64,000 nucleotides of DNA, taken from the NCBI RefSeq assembly GCF_018350175.1, contig NC_058368.1, positions 192,946,001 through 193,010,000 on the forward strand. Direction: 5' to 3'. A model generated the notes under the pieces. That model had not been told where the DNA came from. It saw only the letters and a program-made list of their open reading frames with translations, and ran no database searches. Position 1 is the first letter of the stretch. Every line of letters begins with the position of its first letter. The translations under genes and the position numbers were made by a program. The DNA is from Felis catus (lineage: Eukaryota). Below, piece by piece: positions 11,530 through 24,300 of the stretch.

Positions 11530-13370
11530 AAAATTTTTTGGAGCTTCCTTTTCTAATTCAATTTGTCTTACAATTATATAGAATATTTACATGATTATAA
11601 ACCAAATATACAAACCAAGATTTGTTCATAGAAGTCTAGCTGCTATTCCTGTACCTTCCACCCTATAGCCTCCATTCTGCTATACATCACAATTAGAAAT
11701 AATATTTATGGTTTATTTTCTATTCTTTCTTTTGATAACATAAGCAGGTATGTGTTTGTGCATGTTGGTGCATGTGTGTTTTGTGTTCACCCTTTTTTTA
11801 GCTAAGGAGTAGTATACTCTACATACTTTCCTCCACTTTGCTTTTTTTCATGGAACCATGTATTCTGATGATCACTCCCTACTCGTATAAAGAGACACGC
11901 TCCCTCCTTCATCATGGTTGCATATCCTCAATTGTGAAAGTGACTAACTTGTTCCCATCTGCCTATGACTTTCCAGGTCTTAGCACTGACATTTCCGTGT
12001 CTTCCAAAATGGATTGGTTGGTCACCCTGTCATGGTAGGAGTATACTATACTTTTTTCAATCAGTCTTGGATGTATTTTTGGGTTGTTTCCAATCTTTTA
12101 CTACTCCAAATGGTTCTCAGTGAATAGCCTTGTGCATGTATCTCTTCATATTTTTGCCGGTGTATTTTTGAGTTTTATTTTTAGAAATGGGATTGCTGGC
12201 TCAAAGGTAAATATAATTTAGGTGTATGCAATTTTTCCAGATATTGTGAAGTTCTCCCTCACAGGGATTGTACAGTATGCGTTTCCACCAGCAAAGCTTG
12301 AGATCCTGTTTCTCCAGAGATTCACCAACAGAAAATTTGTCAGGCTTGACTTTTTCCAATTGAAGAGGTGAGAAATTATACCTGTCTAGTTTGATTTTAC
12401 ATTTCTCTTAGAATGAACAAATTTGAGCATCTCTCTCTCTCTCTAAGTAAGCTTCATGCCCAGCATGGAGCCCAACCCAGGGTCTGAACTCATGACCTTG
12501 AGATCAAGACCTGAGCTAGATCAAGAGTTGGACACTTAGCCGACTGAGCTACCCACGCACCCCTTAGTTATTCAAAAGAATAAGCACTTGAATTTCTTTC
12601 TGGGGACTTTGGTATAATTCTGTAGCCTCTTTCTCTACAGGCTTGTTGGTCTTTTTCTTTTCTCATTTTAGAAGCTCATTTATATATAGATGTGTGAACT
12701 CTTGTGGCATAAGTTGCAGTTATTATTCCCAGTTTGTTGTTTGTCTTTTCACTTTGTCACAACTTTTGCCAAGGGAAAAAAACTTTTTTTGAATGTAATC
12801 CATTGATCTATATTTTCCCTATTTCTTAAGGATTTTGAGTCATAGTTAGGAGTGATTTCCCCCTCCCCGGGCTACAGAGGAATTCAACAATGTTTTCTTC
12901 TAGTGCTTGTATGGCTTCCTTTTCCACGTTTACACTTCTGATCCATTTGGGATTTATCCTGATGTATGACACGATGAATGCATCCAAGTTTGTCTTTTTC
13001 CTATATGGTACTCCAATCACCTGGATATAATTTCAAAGTCCACTCTTCTTCCTCCGATTTGAGCTGTTGTCCTTATCACATATTAAATTTGTGTATGAAT
13101 GTTTTTTCCCGAATCTCCTATTCTGTTTTATTTCAGTCATAGAGGCTTTACAGCATGTTTCATTATCCAGTAGGGCTGGACCCCCGCTCTCTGTTCTTCT
13201 TTTTCAGGATTTTCCTCACTGTTCTTATTTGTTCTTTCTTCCAAATGAACTTTCTAATCAACTTGTTCAGCTGTAGAAAAAATCTGAAGATATTTTTACT
13301 ACCTAGATTTTATAAGTTAAGTTAGGGAGAACTGTCGTCTTTATAAGGTTGAGACTTCCCAGGACAAAAC
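11530..13370 (-). mobile_element. Continuation of the L1MC4-like LINE (3'UTR into ORF2)
   Basis: gggttgtttccaatcttt, agaaatgggattgctgg, ctgatccatttggga, cttccaaatgaacttt, ttagggagaactg. Confidence 0.7.
12431..12563 (-). mobile_element. Short CanSINE
   Basis: gagatcaagacctgagct...gatcaagagttggacacttagccgactgagctaccca. Confidence 0.85.
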
Positions 13371-13744
13371 ACAGTATAAGAGGATGTTCCTGACCACCCC
13401 CTCAGATGAGGGAGTTGGTGAGATGCTCTGTGTGATTATGTGGCTCAGGACCCCAGCGTCTCACAAATCTTCCTCAGCCCAGCCCATGCCGCCTCTTTCA
13501 GGAAGCCTGCCTTCTTTTCTACGGAAATGACCTCTCCAACCTCCGCAGCTATCTTGTGGTTCACATTAAAACCCATAGGATCTGCCTACACATTGGTGTA
13601 CCCTATTTCCTCGTCTGGGCTAAGAGCTGTCTGGGAACTGGGTATGTATTATAAATTAAATAATACTGACAAAAGAGAAGAGTGGAGACTCTGAACTGAG
13701 TTCTTCCTGTCGGTTACCTTACAGCCTTTCCTGGAGGTCACCAG

Positions 13745-13990
13745 CTAGGCCCTAGCGTGCCAGATGGTGCCCATGTGTTTGACCTACTTGGACATTTAAA
13801 ACAATTTGAATTAGTTTGACAACCTCTAAAAATTATAAGATTTCACATAAAAGTATTGATTTTTAGATTCTCTAACAGGAACAGAAGCCCTGACCGTGCT
13901 GGGCCACATTCCCACAAGGCAACAACCAGCTAGAGTTGAGTATCTGCTGCCCCCTTTTGGCTAGGCATAAGCACTCCCGTTTCCCCCTGC
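13745..13990 (+). mobile_element. MER102-like hAT-Charlie DNA transposon relic
   Basis: aatttgaattagtt, gatttcacataaaa, ctgggccacattcccacaaggcaacaa...gctgcccccttt. Confidence 0.7.
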
Positions 13991-15743
13991 CTCTCATTTC
14001 TGTTACCCCTGTGGGCCTTCGAAGCATCTGAGTCAGGATTTCTTCTCAAAACCACTGGAAAAGGAAGGATTGAAATCCCTGGCCCTGGCACATAGTGGGG
14101 GCTCAACAAATATTTGTGGGAGGAATGAATCTCCATTTCCCAATCCGGTGCTGAGAACTTAGCTGACGTAGCAAAGGTCTCATGACCAGTGGGGAGCAGA
14201 GGAAAGGTTCTGCCTTGCTGTATAGCCCAGCGGTGTTTGACTGCCATCCAAGTGCTGGCCCACGCACTCTTTCTCACCTATTAGCTGGTTAATGGCCATG
14301 GACTTGGTCTCAAGTCCTTAACTATCTTGGCTGTTCTCAAATGGAATGTTAGTAACTGCTCCATTAACACAGACCCCAGGGAGGGAAGCTTCGGACCTTA
14401 CAGGAGAAATGGGCCCTGGTTAACTTTATAGCTTCATAGAATTGGGTTTCAGTCTCTTTTTCTTTTTATTCTTCTTTCCATATAGCTCTCCTAGGCCTTA
14501 TGAAATCTGCCGACAGCTGGCACTCTAGGGGAGCACTGTGAGAGGCAGGGTAAGGTTTGCTCTGGGCTAGGGGGTGCCTGTACCCACTGCTAGGGGTTGC
14601 TTTGCCTCTTTGGAGGGAAGAGCAGAGGGCTCCAAGCTCCCTAGGCCTTAAGTCTCCCAATCCCCCAGGATATCAGAGCTTCACCAGACAATGGCCTTTA
14701 AAAAGAGGTCTTTTAAAAGGCCTTCCCCGCCCCCACCCCCTCCAACAAACAGGTATTGGGCTCCTGTTCTGTACCAACCACTGTGTCACTGGCAAAGGCC
14801 TGGGAGAGCTCAATAGACATGTGTTCAGATTCCAGTGGGAGAAGTAGAAAAATAAGCCTGTGAAAAAGGCCAGCTGTCCTGGCAACACCTGGTATGAATG
14901 CCTGACTCATGCAGGGATGGTCAGCAAGGACTTCCCTGAGATCTTCCGGCTGAGAGGGAGCTGGAGAAGCATTCCTGGGGGGAGGGAATGGCACATGAAA
15001 AGAGCCAGGGGCAGATTGGAGGAGCTGAGAGAAGCTCAGGGGGCTAAAGCATGGTGGGTGGGCAAGGGGCCGCGCAGAAGCTGGGCCCAGCAGCTAGCAG
15101 CTAAGCTGGGGGGAGCACTTACTATTTGCCATGTTAACGTAACCTTTGGGGAGTGTTGGGGGAACTTCAACTTCACCCAAGGACTAGTGCCTAAGGTCCA
15201 GAGCAGAGGATCCAGAAGTGCTGCTTTCTCCCTATTCTGGTGAGGACTGCCAGTGGCAGTGGCCAGCCACCAACACCCCCTGCCCCGCCCTCACTGGCCC
15301 CAAGGAAGGCAGCAGATTAGTCCTGCCCCAGGCTAGCCCCAAATTCCCCTTCTGGTTTGTAATTGAAAACCAAGGAGAGAGGCAGAATTGTAGCCCTGGC
15401 AGGGAACAATGTAGTGACAGTCCCCCACCCCCACCCCCACCCCCGACCCAGAGACACGTCAAAACAGGGGGTGGGGGCGGCAGCCTCCAAGGGAATCCCT
15501 CCTGCAGTTTGGAGGAGCTTGCCAAAGGGGGAGACTGACAAGTCACTTTCAGCTGGACACTCAGCTGGACACTCGCTGAGTGGCAGAGCCCCAGGCCCAG
15601 TCTGCACTGCCATGGGAACCGTGGGTGAGCACGGTGTGGGTGTGCTCAGCAGGGGTCCTGGGAGTTTGGAATGCGGAGCACACAGGGCCTGGCACCCAGA
15701 AAGGGGGCAGTGAGAGCTGGAACTGCCTGGGCCAGCTGGGTGA

Positions 15744-16324
15744 GGAGGGAGTTCAGGACAAGCTACCCCAACATATGGCACCTTGGCTTACGGACTATTT
15801 TAAGCTGAAGGAGTCTGAGAAAACAGCAGAAATGGGAGGGTCACCCTTACCCCCATCCCTCTCCTCGAGGCAGGCGGTAAAACCCCCAGGTGAGAGTCCT
15901 CCCCCAGCCACTGAGCTCCCGCAGCCCCCTTTGGTTGCTACAATTTACAACTTGCTACAATTCAGGTGTGAGCTGCTTGACCTGGCCTCTGTCTGCCTGT
16001 ACCTGCAGGAAAGGAGCGTTCTCCTCTCCGAAGAGCAAGCGACCAAAAGGATGTAGAGAAGAATCCAATGAACCGGCCTCGCTGAGCTCCTTCCAGTTTG
16101 CTCCTCTTGACCCATCCTATTCCTCTACGACTGTCCACTCCCCAGCAAACCCAGCATAAAAATATCCAGGTCTAATAATCTCTTCGGGTCTTCGTTTCCT
16201 TATGAGGGTTTGCGGGTCACGTAACCCTTATATTAATGTTTGTATGCTTTTCTCCTGTTCATCTGTCAGTTTACATTTCAGACCGGCCAGGGACCCTGAG
16301 AGGCAAACATTTCCCTCCCCTGCA
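15744..16324 (+). mobile_element. MER34-like solo LTR (ERV1)
   Basis: gttcagg...ctaccccaacatatggc...tattttaagctgaagg start, tgtatgcttttctcctg, ends ccctgca; 4-bp TSD gtga (15740-15743 / 16325-16328). Confidence 0.75.
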
Positions 16325-16891
16325 GTGAGTAGGAAAGTAGTACGTGTAGTATGTGCCTCAAGAGCCACAGGACTGGGTGGTCAGGGGCTCCTGCAGTTTC
16401 ACCTGAAGGAGCCTGGAGGTTTCCAGCAGGTGCTGCAGCTGGAGAAGGGTCATCATGGCCTCCCGGCAGGGCTGAAGGGTGAGTGGGGCTGCCCCTCTCT
16501 GAGTGGTCCTCACAGCTGCTGTTACACTAAGTGAATGCCACCCCAGGGAAAGCTGACATACCGCTGATACAAAGACCACCATATCAGCAGGGACCACCAG
16601 CACCTGGAGGAAAGGCACTGACCCTCCAGGAGGCAAGGAACACCTGCCCCTGACTGCCTGGATGTCAGGTGGGTAGCATATCAGCCACCTGCCTTGGCCA
16701 CTGCATGTCAGAGGAGGAAGGAGAGGCCTAGAAGCAGAGAGGGAGGGAGGTGGCTATTGTTCTGAGGTGCAGGGAGGAGGGGACGTGAATGGGGAGGCCG
16801 GGCCCCTGTCCCACTTCTGGTCCTGTCTCTTGACCCATCAGTCCAACCCATGCTAGGAGGAGGGAAGAAATGAGATTTAAACCGAACTTCA

Positions 16892-17103
16892 GGGGTGCCT
16901 GGGTGGCGCAGTCGGTTAAGCGTCCGACTTCAGCCAGGTCACGATCTCGCGGTCCGTGAGTTCGAGCCCCGCGTCGGGCTCTGGGCTGATGGCTCAGAGC
17001 CTGGAGCCTGTTTCCGATTCTGTGTCTCCCTCTCTCTCTGCCCCTCCCCCGTTCATGCTCTGTCTCTCTCTGTCCCAAAAATAAATAAACGTTGAAAAAA
17101 AAA
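16892..17103 (+). mobile_element. Young SINEC_Fc
   Basis: Full length, CpG-rich, perfect 17-bp TSD atttaaaccgaacttca (16875-16891 / 17104-17120). Confidence 0.98.
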
Positions 17104-17224
17104 ATTTAAACCGAACTTCAGGACTTCAAGTGGTCAGAATGTTTCAGTATCTGCTGAAGCGATCATTACCAAATGGGTAAGGTGGGGGGTTTGACTGGGT
17201 ACAACTAGAGGCAGAAATAGGAAC

Positions 17225-17410
17225 GAGGCGTCTGGGTGGCTCAGTTGGTTAAGCGTTCATCTCTTGATTTCGGCTCAGGTCATGATCTCGTGACTTTGAG
17301 CCCCACATGGGACTCTGCACTGATGGTGCAGAGCCTGCGTGGGATTCTCCCTCCCCCCCCCGCCCCTCCCCCACCTCCTCTCAAAATAAATACACAAACT
17401 TAAAAAAAAA
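17225..17410 (+). mobile_element. CanSINE (older type)
   Basis: SINE head and tail; TSD agaaataggaa. Confidence 0.92.
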
Positions 17411-17794
17411 GAAATAGGAAAAAACCCATCTCCTGTCAGTGGCTCAATAAATCACTTCTTCGCCCATTAAATCACTCAATTCTCTAAACAACCATAGAAG
17501 GCAGGTACCATTTTTCTTGCAGTCTAAGAGATGAGGGAACCAGGATCCAAGAGATTAAGAAACTTAAAACCACAAAGCTAATGGATAGCTGATCTGGGAT
17601 TTGAACTCTCACTATTGGATTCTGAGGTTGAATCCCTGAACAGTGCCACCTTCCCAGAGGAAAGCCTAAGCTGGTACTCCACGCAAGCCTCTTCTCTCTC
17701 AGCTACTGTCTGCATAAACCCAGTGACGGGGAGCTTGCTACCTGACCAGAAATCATACTGCATTTTCAGATGGCTGTTGAAATAACACCTTACA

Positions 17795-17954
17795 GGAGCA
17801 CCTGGGTGGCTCAGTCAGTTGAACCTCTGACTTGCCTCTTGATTCTGGCTCAGGTCATGATCTCATGGTTGTGAGATCAAGCCCCGAGTCAGGCTTTGCA
17901 TGGGATGTGGAGCCTGCTTAAGATTCTCTCCCTCTGCCACTCTCCCCTACTTGC

Positions 17955-17985
<31 letters not shown>

Positions 17986-18012
17986 GTCTCAAATTAAAAA
18001 AAAATCAAAAAG
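17795..18012 (+). mobile_element. CanSINE (older type)
   Basis: SINE head, (CT)n, A tail; TSD taacaccttaca. Confidence 0.92.
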
Positions 18013-18799
18013 AACTAACACCTTACATTTTGAAAGGGTTTTGTGATTAGCACAAACAGCAGCCATTCAGTATTTATGAGGCACCTCATAAATATGACTT
18101 TTCTGAGAAGGGGGCTCGGCAGGGCATTCTTTCATGCGTCCCCTGCACATGAGGGATGAAAGACAGACTGTGTGACTTGCCTGAGGTCACACAGAGCTAG
18201 GAATACTACCATCTGTGAACATTTCTCGAGTGCCTGTGTGTGCCAGGCACTGTGCTAAGTGGTCTACACAGTCCCATGGGGCTTGAAAACTCCTGTCTAG
18301 TCCCCTTTCCACGGCCCCAGCTGGCTTTCCCCCACCCCTGCTCCTGCCTCCCACCCATCCTGTGTGGAGCCAACGGTTCTCTGGTCAAAGGATTGATTCC
18401 CTGGCATGGTGAAGGCTTTGTGCTGGGGGGTCTGGGAGTCTTGGAGAGAAGCAGAGAATTTGACTTCCTCCCCTAGTGTTAGCTCTTCCCACCTGCTGAC
18501 GTGCTGCTGTAGGAGAAGGTGCTGACAGTTCAAAGGCTAGGCCCTTGATTAATATCTCATCCTCCATAAATAAGTGAATAAAGGCACTCCTTTGCGCCCT
18601 TCATCGCTCTCTGCATCTTGTTACTGCACTGGCCTGGGGATATCAGACTTCAAACTTGCAGCCAGACTCTCTTGGACCCCTTGGCTTGGCAGTGGTGTCC
18701 ACCCCCCACCCCAGCTTAGGTCCTGCGGAGCCGTCTTCTCTCTGGACTCACCAGTTGCCTGCACAGCCCTGCCTTCCAGGCCGTCCATCACATGACAGA

Positions 18800-18930
18800 G
18801 TGGCTAAGCACACGGGCTTGGTGCGCGCTCAAATCCCAGCTCTGTCACTTCTTGCCTTTGTGATCATGGGCAAGTTCCCTAACTTCTCCAGTCCTCAGTT
18901 TCTTGATACATAGAATGGGGATGATGAGCT
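18800..18930 (+). mobile_element. MIR relic
   Basis: tcaaatcccagctctgtcactt...gggcaagtt...cctcagtttc. Confidence 0.75.
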
Positions 18931-19753
18931 GTCACACGTTCAGGAACTTCAGTCAGTGCTGAGTAATGATGGGAAGTGACTGAGAGTGGCCAAGGGGACA
19001 GCTGCTCTAAAGAGGCGATGTTGGAGATAAGACGTCAATGATGAGAAAGAGCGGATTTCAGGAGAATCTAAGGGCAGTTGGTTCGAGACAGAAAAGGAAC
19101 AGGGAGCGTAATTCTGGGCCAGCCCTCTGAGGAGGGCCTGGCGAGGGAGGGATTGGTGAGGGGATGGGTGGGAAGGTTGGCCGGGCTTCTCAAAAGGGGT
19201 ATATTAAGGGAAGATGGGGTCTGAAAGGCCAGGCTGGCCGTAATAAGTGGTTAAAGCCCAGGGATGAGAGGATGAGAAGGAGACAGTGGTGGGGTGGGGG
19301 AGACTCTGATGCTGTCATGGGGGCCCCATGCAAGTCTCGCCGGGCTGCTGGGTCCACCACAGAGTGGAAGTGGTAGGTCCTGCTTTCCTCCCACAAGGTC
19401 CCTTGTCTTCTCTCTCCCATTCCTAAAGTAAAACACTCTCCAGAGAGGGTCTGATTTCAGCCATTTATACAGTGGTACTCTGGTAAGTGTTTAATAACTG
19501 GCTGTCCAAACAAGTTAACAAAGAGGCACTGATTTGTAGTTTTTGACAATTGTTGTGATGTGAGTATTCCCGCAGTGGCAGATTTCAAGCTACCAACATA
19601 ATGGCTCTCATTGCGGAGTTGGGAAGAAAGGACACGATCAGCTGTCATGGGCTGGGATATAGTGGCTCCAGCATGGCGCTTTGTCTACACCTTGAGTAAC
19701 AGTGAGGAGTATTTATGAAGCACTCACTCTGTGTCAGGCAGAGTTGTGAACAC

Positions 19754-19815
19754 TTTATTTTTTTAAGTTTATTTATTTATTTTTGGAGAGAGGGAGAAAG
19801 CATGCACAAGGGAGG

Positions 19816-19855
<40 letters not shown>

Positions 19856-19980
19856 CCCAAGCAGGTTCCATGCTGTCAGCGCAGAGCCGGACGCAGGGGC
19901 TCAAATCCGTGCACCATGAAACCATGACCTGAGCTGAAACCAAGAGGCGGAGACTGAACCGACTGAGCCACCCAGGTGCC
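19754..19980 (-). mobile_element. CanSINE with expanded (GA)n, inside an antisense MIR (~19700-20130)
   Basis: Antisense SINE body; MIR words gtgagaaacacaggctc and aacttgcccgaggtcacac downstream. Confidence 0.92.
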
Positions 19981-20129
19981 TCATGAGCACTTGATATGCA
20001 CTAACTGACAGCAACTCCACGAAGCAGGAGCAGTTAATATCCCCGTCATGCAGGTGAGAAACACAGGCTCCGATAAGTTTGGTAACTTGCCCGAGGTCAC
20101 ACACGGGAAATGGCAGAGCTGAGACGAAC

Positions 20130-20570
20130 TACTTTGTAGGAAAGTGAACAAATCCTAAGTGTACCACACGGTGGAGTTCTACTTACCTACACACCATGTG
20201 TGACCAGATCACGGCACGGAACATTTCCCGCCCCAGCTGGCTCTGTTGTCACCTCTCCCTTTGATACTCTTCCTACCAGGAAGAACATCATCGTCAGAAT
20301 ATCATTCTGATTTTAATCACCACGGATTTGCTTTGTCTGTACTTGGGTTTTATGTAGCCGGAATCATTCGGTTCCTAATCTTTTGTGTCTTGGCTCCCTT
20401 CTGTCCAGTGTCATGTCTGAGGGGTTCATCCATGTCATGGCATATTTTGGAGGTTTGTTCTGTTGAACGGTCATATGCTATTCCACGGCTATTCCAATGT
20501 GTCTCTCTATTTGCCTGTGGATGGTCTTTGGGGTTGTTTCCGTGGAGTGTGCTCATAATCACTGTGATAC
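20130..20570 (-). mobile_element. Ancient L1 (L1ME-type) 3' fragment
   Basis: acaaatcctaagtgtac, gttcatccatgt, tttggggttgtttcc. Confidence 0.65.
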
Positions 20571-20660
20571 ATGGCCACTCAAGTGTGGGTGGGACTCCGT
20601 GAGCCTTCCTGTCTCTGGGGGATTTGCATCATTAGCATGTGGGTTGAGGGGTACCACGGT

Positions 20661-21067
20661 GGTATTCGTTTCTGATTGCTGCTATAACAAATGACCACGA
20701 ACTTAGTGGCTTAAAGCAACACAGGTTTATCACTTCACAGTTCTGGAGGTCAGAAGGCTAACATAGCTTCGCAAGGCTGTGGTCCTTCTCGAGACTCCAG
20801 GGGGAAGGTCCCTTTCTTGGCTTTTTCCAAGTTTCAGAGGCCACCAGTCAACCTCTCATCACATCTGCTGTCATCACATCTGCTCCTCTGACTCGGACCC
20901 TTGCAATTACATTGGGCCTATCCAGATAATTCAGGATAATCTCCCATCGCCGGATCCTTAACTGAATCACATTGCGAAGTTCTTTTTGCCGTGTAAGGTA
21001 GCATATTTATAGGTTCTAGAGATTAGGACATGGACATTTTCAGGGGGCCATTGTTCTGCCAATCACA
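20661..21067 (-). mobile_element. MLT1 (MaLR) solo LTR
   Basis: ttgctgctataacaaat, cacagttctggaggtcagaag, acattgggcc...gataattcaggataatctccc, ends aatcaca. Confidence 0.85.
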
Positions 21068-22464
21068 CGGAACTATCTACTGTGTAAGGAATCTTGATGT
21101 AATGGAAAGAGGTCTGGGGTAGGGCTCAGAAAACCAGGATTCCAGTCTGCACTGTATATAGGCTCACTATTGGACCTTGGACTGATCCTTCCCTTTCTGG
21201 GCTTTGGGTAAATATAAAATGAAGAGCTAGGCCGGATGGTCTAACTCATAGGTGCCTTTCCACCTCCACTTTCCATGATTCCCTACATAAGCTTTAGGCT
21301 TGGGGTTCTATCCAGCCGCACTTTTTATCTGCTATGTGGCCTTGCTTCCAGCCGGCAGGGTAAAGGTCACATGCCTTCTGAGGAGGCCTGGGAAGCCTGG
21401 AGCAGCTCACCCAGTGTCCACTCCTGTTCTCTTCTATCATATGGCCTCTGGGCCTTTCACCCAGAATGACTTTGAAACCCGGCTATTGATTTTCCTGTCA
21501 CCTCAGGTCATACCTCCCCATTCTCCGTTTCCCTTGAAGTGGAGGTTTCAAAACCCAATTTAGGGTGGGGTGGAAGACTGCCCACATGATTTCAGGCGCT
21601 GGGCTGAAAGACTAGCTCTTCTAGGAGGGCTGAGGCTGAAGTGCTTGGAAGGAAGTAATAAGGACGCCCTTCTATACTCGCTTCTGATAAGAGCCAGGCT
21701 GCTCTTGAATTTGTGGTTGATGGCTGTTCCAGCCATGGACTCCCAGCGGTCACTGAAAAGAGAAAGTGAGAAACCAAATGATTTTCTTTTTGCCCAAACA
21801 GGAAACCTGCTTTGTTGAAAGTGAACCAGCTGCGTGTTGGGCCTCCATATTATCTGCTGGCCAAGCAGCTGGTCTTTCCCAGCTGGTACTTTGTAACTGA
21901 TCACCTCCTCCATCTAGTCTCTCATTGATGTAATCACTTATCAGCACCTGCTTTTTCTACCGTGCATCATAGCTCGTGCATGTACTTCGAAGTCCCATGT
22001 CCATTCAGCCAACAAATGTCTGTTGGGTGGCTACTTTACATTGGGCACTTGGCTAGACACTGGGGAGAAAATGACAAGCAAAACAGATAAAGGGCCTGTC
22101 CTCAAGGAGTTTATACTAATGGAGGACACAGATGGTAATCATAACCCCACGGAATAAGAAACTACTATGCTTTTTTCATTATAATATGTCATTTACATAA
22201 TTTAAAAACACGAGCAAGCAAAACTCATTTTACAAGGCTGTATACACGAGTACTTGAGAACCTGCATCAAATACACTGCAGTGCAGGCCCATGACAAAGG
22301 CTGGGGAGAGGAAAGGGAGCAGACAGCAGGGTTGAAGGGCAAAGGGGAAAAAGTAAAAGTGACAAGAAATAACAAATAGAGGGGCCTTGCTTAGGCCAAC
22401 AAGAGTGTGCTGTGTACTGAAGAAGGTGAATAACTTACATCTGAGATCCCGTGAAAAATGAGAA

Positions 22465-22684
22465 GGGGCGCCTGGGTGGCTCAGTCGGTTAAGCGTCCAA
22501 CTTCGGCTCAGGTCATGATCTCACTGTCTGTGAGTTCGAGCCCCGCGTCGGGCTCTGTGCTGACAGCTTGGAACCTGGAGCCTGCTTTGGATTCTGTGCC
22601 TCCCTCTCTGTCTGCCCCTCCGCTGCTCATGCTCTCTCTCTCTCTCTCTCTCTCTCTCAAAAATAAATAAACATTAAAAAAAAT
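22465..22684 (+). mobile_element. CanSINE
   Basis: Full length; TSD aaaaat(g/t)agaa. Confidence 0.96.
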
Positions 22685-24300
22685 TAGAAGTCATACCTAA
22701 GAGTCTGGGCAGACCCGCAGCTCACTAGGCACCATGCAACCTGTTGGGGTGGATCACGGGGGTGGGTCATTGTTGGGGTTGGGGTGGGTAACAAGGGGAT
22801 TGATCAGCACTGGAAGAGTTAAATGCCATGAACAAAAAGCTGGGGAAGCTATGAGACCTATTTACGAGAGAGCATGGCCTAGTTTGGGGGTTAGGAGGAT
22901 GCACCTTGGAGAAAACCTCTGAGCCAAGAATTAACTGGGTGAAGGAGGGGGTGTGATGTAGACAGAGGAATCTGCTCAGATAAAGCCCCGAGGCAAGAGA
23001 AGTTGGGTCAGTTTGAGGGCCTTGGAAAAATGTGGGAGGTGAAGGGAGAGGGGAAAGAGAAACGACACACATGGGAAGGTTGGATTTACTAATGCTACAC
23101 TAAATCTATGAGCAAGTAAACTTCCAGGGTCCCTGTCCAAAAAATGGGTATAGTAATACTTTCCCTGCAGAGTGGCTTTGAGGATCCACTGAGATAAAGC
23201 ATGCCAAGTTCTTAGCCCAGAGCTTGGTCTATTATAATCCGGATTAAGTGGCACCAGCTATTTTTATGACTGCAAGGTGCACCGTTGCTGGGGGGGCTTG
23301 TGGGAGGAAAGAGGAATGAGATTTGGTGCCTGCCTTGGAACTGTTTCTCATACAGTTGAGATCAGCAAGAGCTCGTTTCGAGGTGTGTGTTGTAGACTTC
23401 CCCTGCTGACAGTGCTGGGGGCGTGAGCCCGGAGGCAGCCGCACCGACTCTGGCGGAGAGTCGGGGAAGGCTGCTTGGAGGGGGAGGCATCTACGTGCAC
23501 AATCAACATGAAGCACACATAATTCTAGTCAAGTGGGAAAGCAAGGAACGTCTCCGCTCCCTGGGAGCATCTGGGATGCAAAGAGAGAGACAGCTGTGTT
23601 TCTCACTCTCCCGCCGAAGAGAAGGAACTTGAAGGTGTTGCTTCTCTTATTAATCCAGCTGCGAGTGTGTTCTTAGACCAGCTGTCCTCCCCATCCTGAG
23701 ACCCTGAGGAACGAGCAGCGAAGCCTCTGAACAACATCATTAAAATGCTTCCCGGGAAGAGACTCAAGCTGAGCCGGTGAGAAGCTCACAGCAGCACCGG
23801 TACCAAGGGATGTGAGCTCAGAACGTGAGGCGGGAGTGGCTCCTGTTTAGCTCTGTGCCGGCTTGTGGAACAGTCTCAGATGAGTCCCCTCACCCACGGG
23901 CCTAGGCTTCCTCACCTGTGAAACGAGATGATTGGCCTAGATGACCTCTTGATGACCTTTGGGCTTCTGACGGTCTGTGTTTCCAAAAGGAAACTAGGAG
24001 AAATGGCTACCCGCCTCCCTTGCTGAGATTTTGGGGACAATCTCTATGAAGAGCAAAGGAGGAAATGGATGCAATCTCCAGGTAATTCTGACTCCCTTTG
24101 AAGACTTTTGCACCGGTAAAATCTATGCATTTTCAGCCCAGGTGAATTTGGGAGCCTAAATATAAATCTGGCAAGCTCATTAACTTCTTTACTTCATTTT
24201 CCTAATCTAACCCCAGCATGGATAGTTCCAGGAAATAGGTGAGTGTGAACAAGTCACTTAACCTTTTCAAGGTTTCCCGGCCTTAAAATGAAGACATCTG

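Noticed and set aside
14466..16636. Dense overlapping 90-158 aa ORFs on both strands
   Set aside because: GC-rich, stop-poor sequence partly inside an LTR; mostly GTG/TTG starts, no recognisable domain or coherent exon structure.
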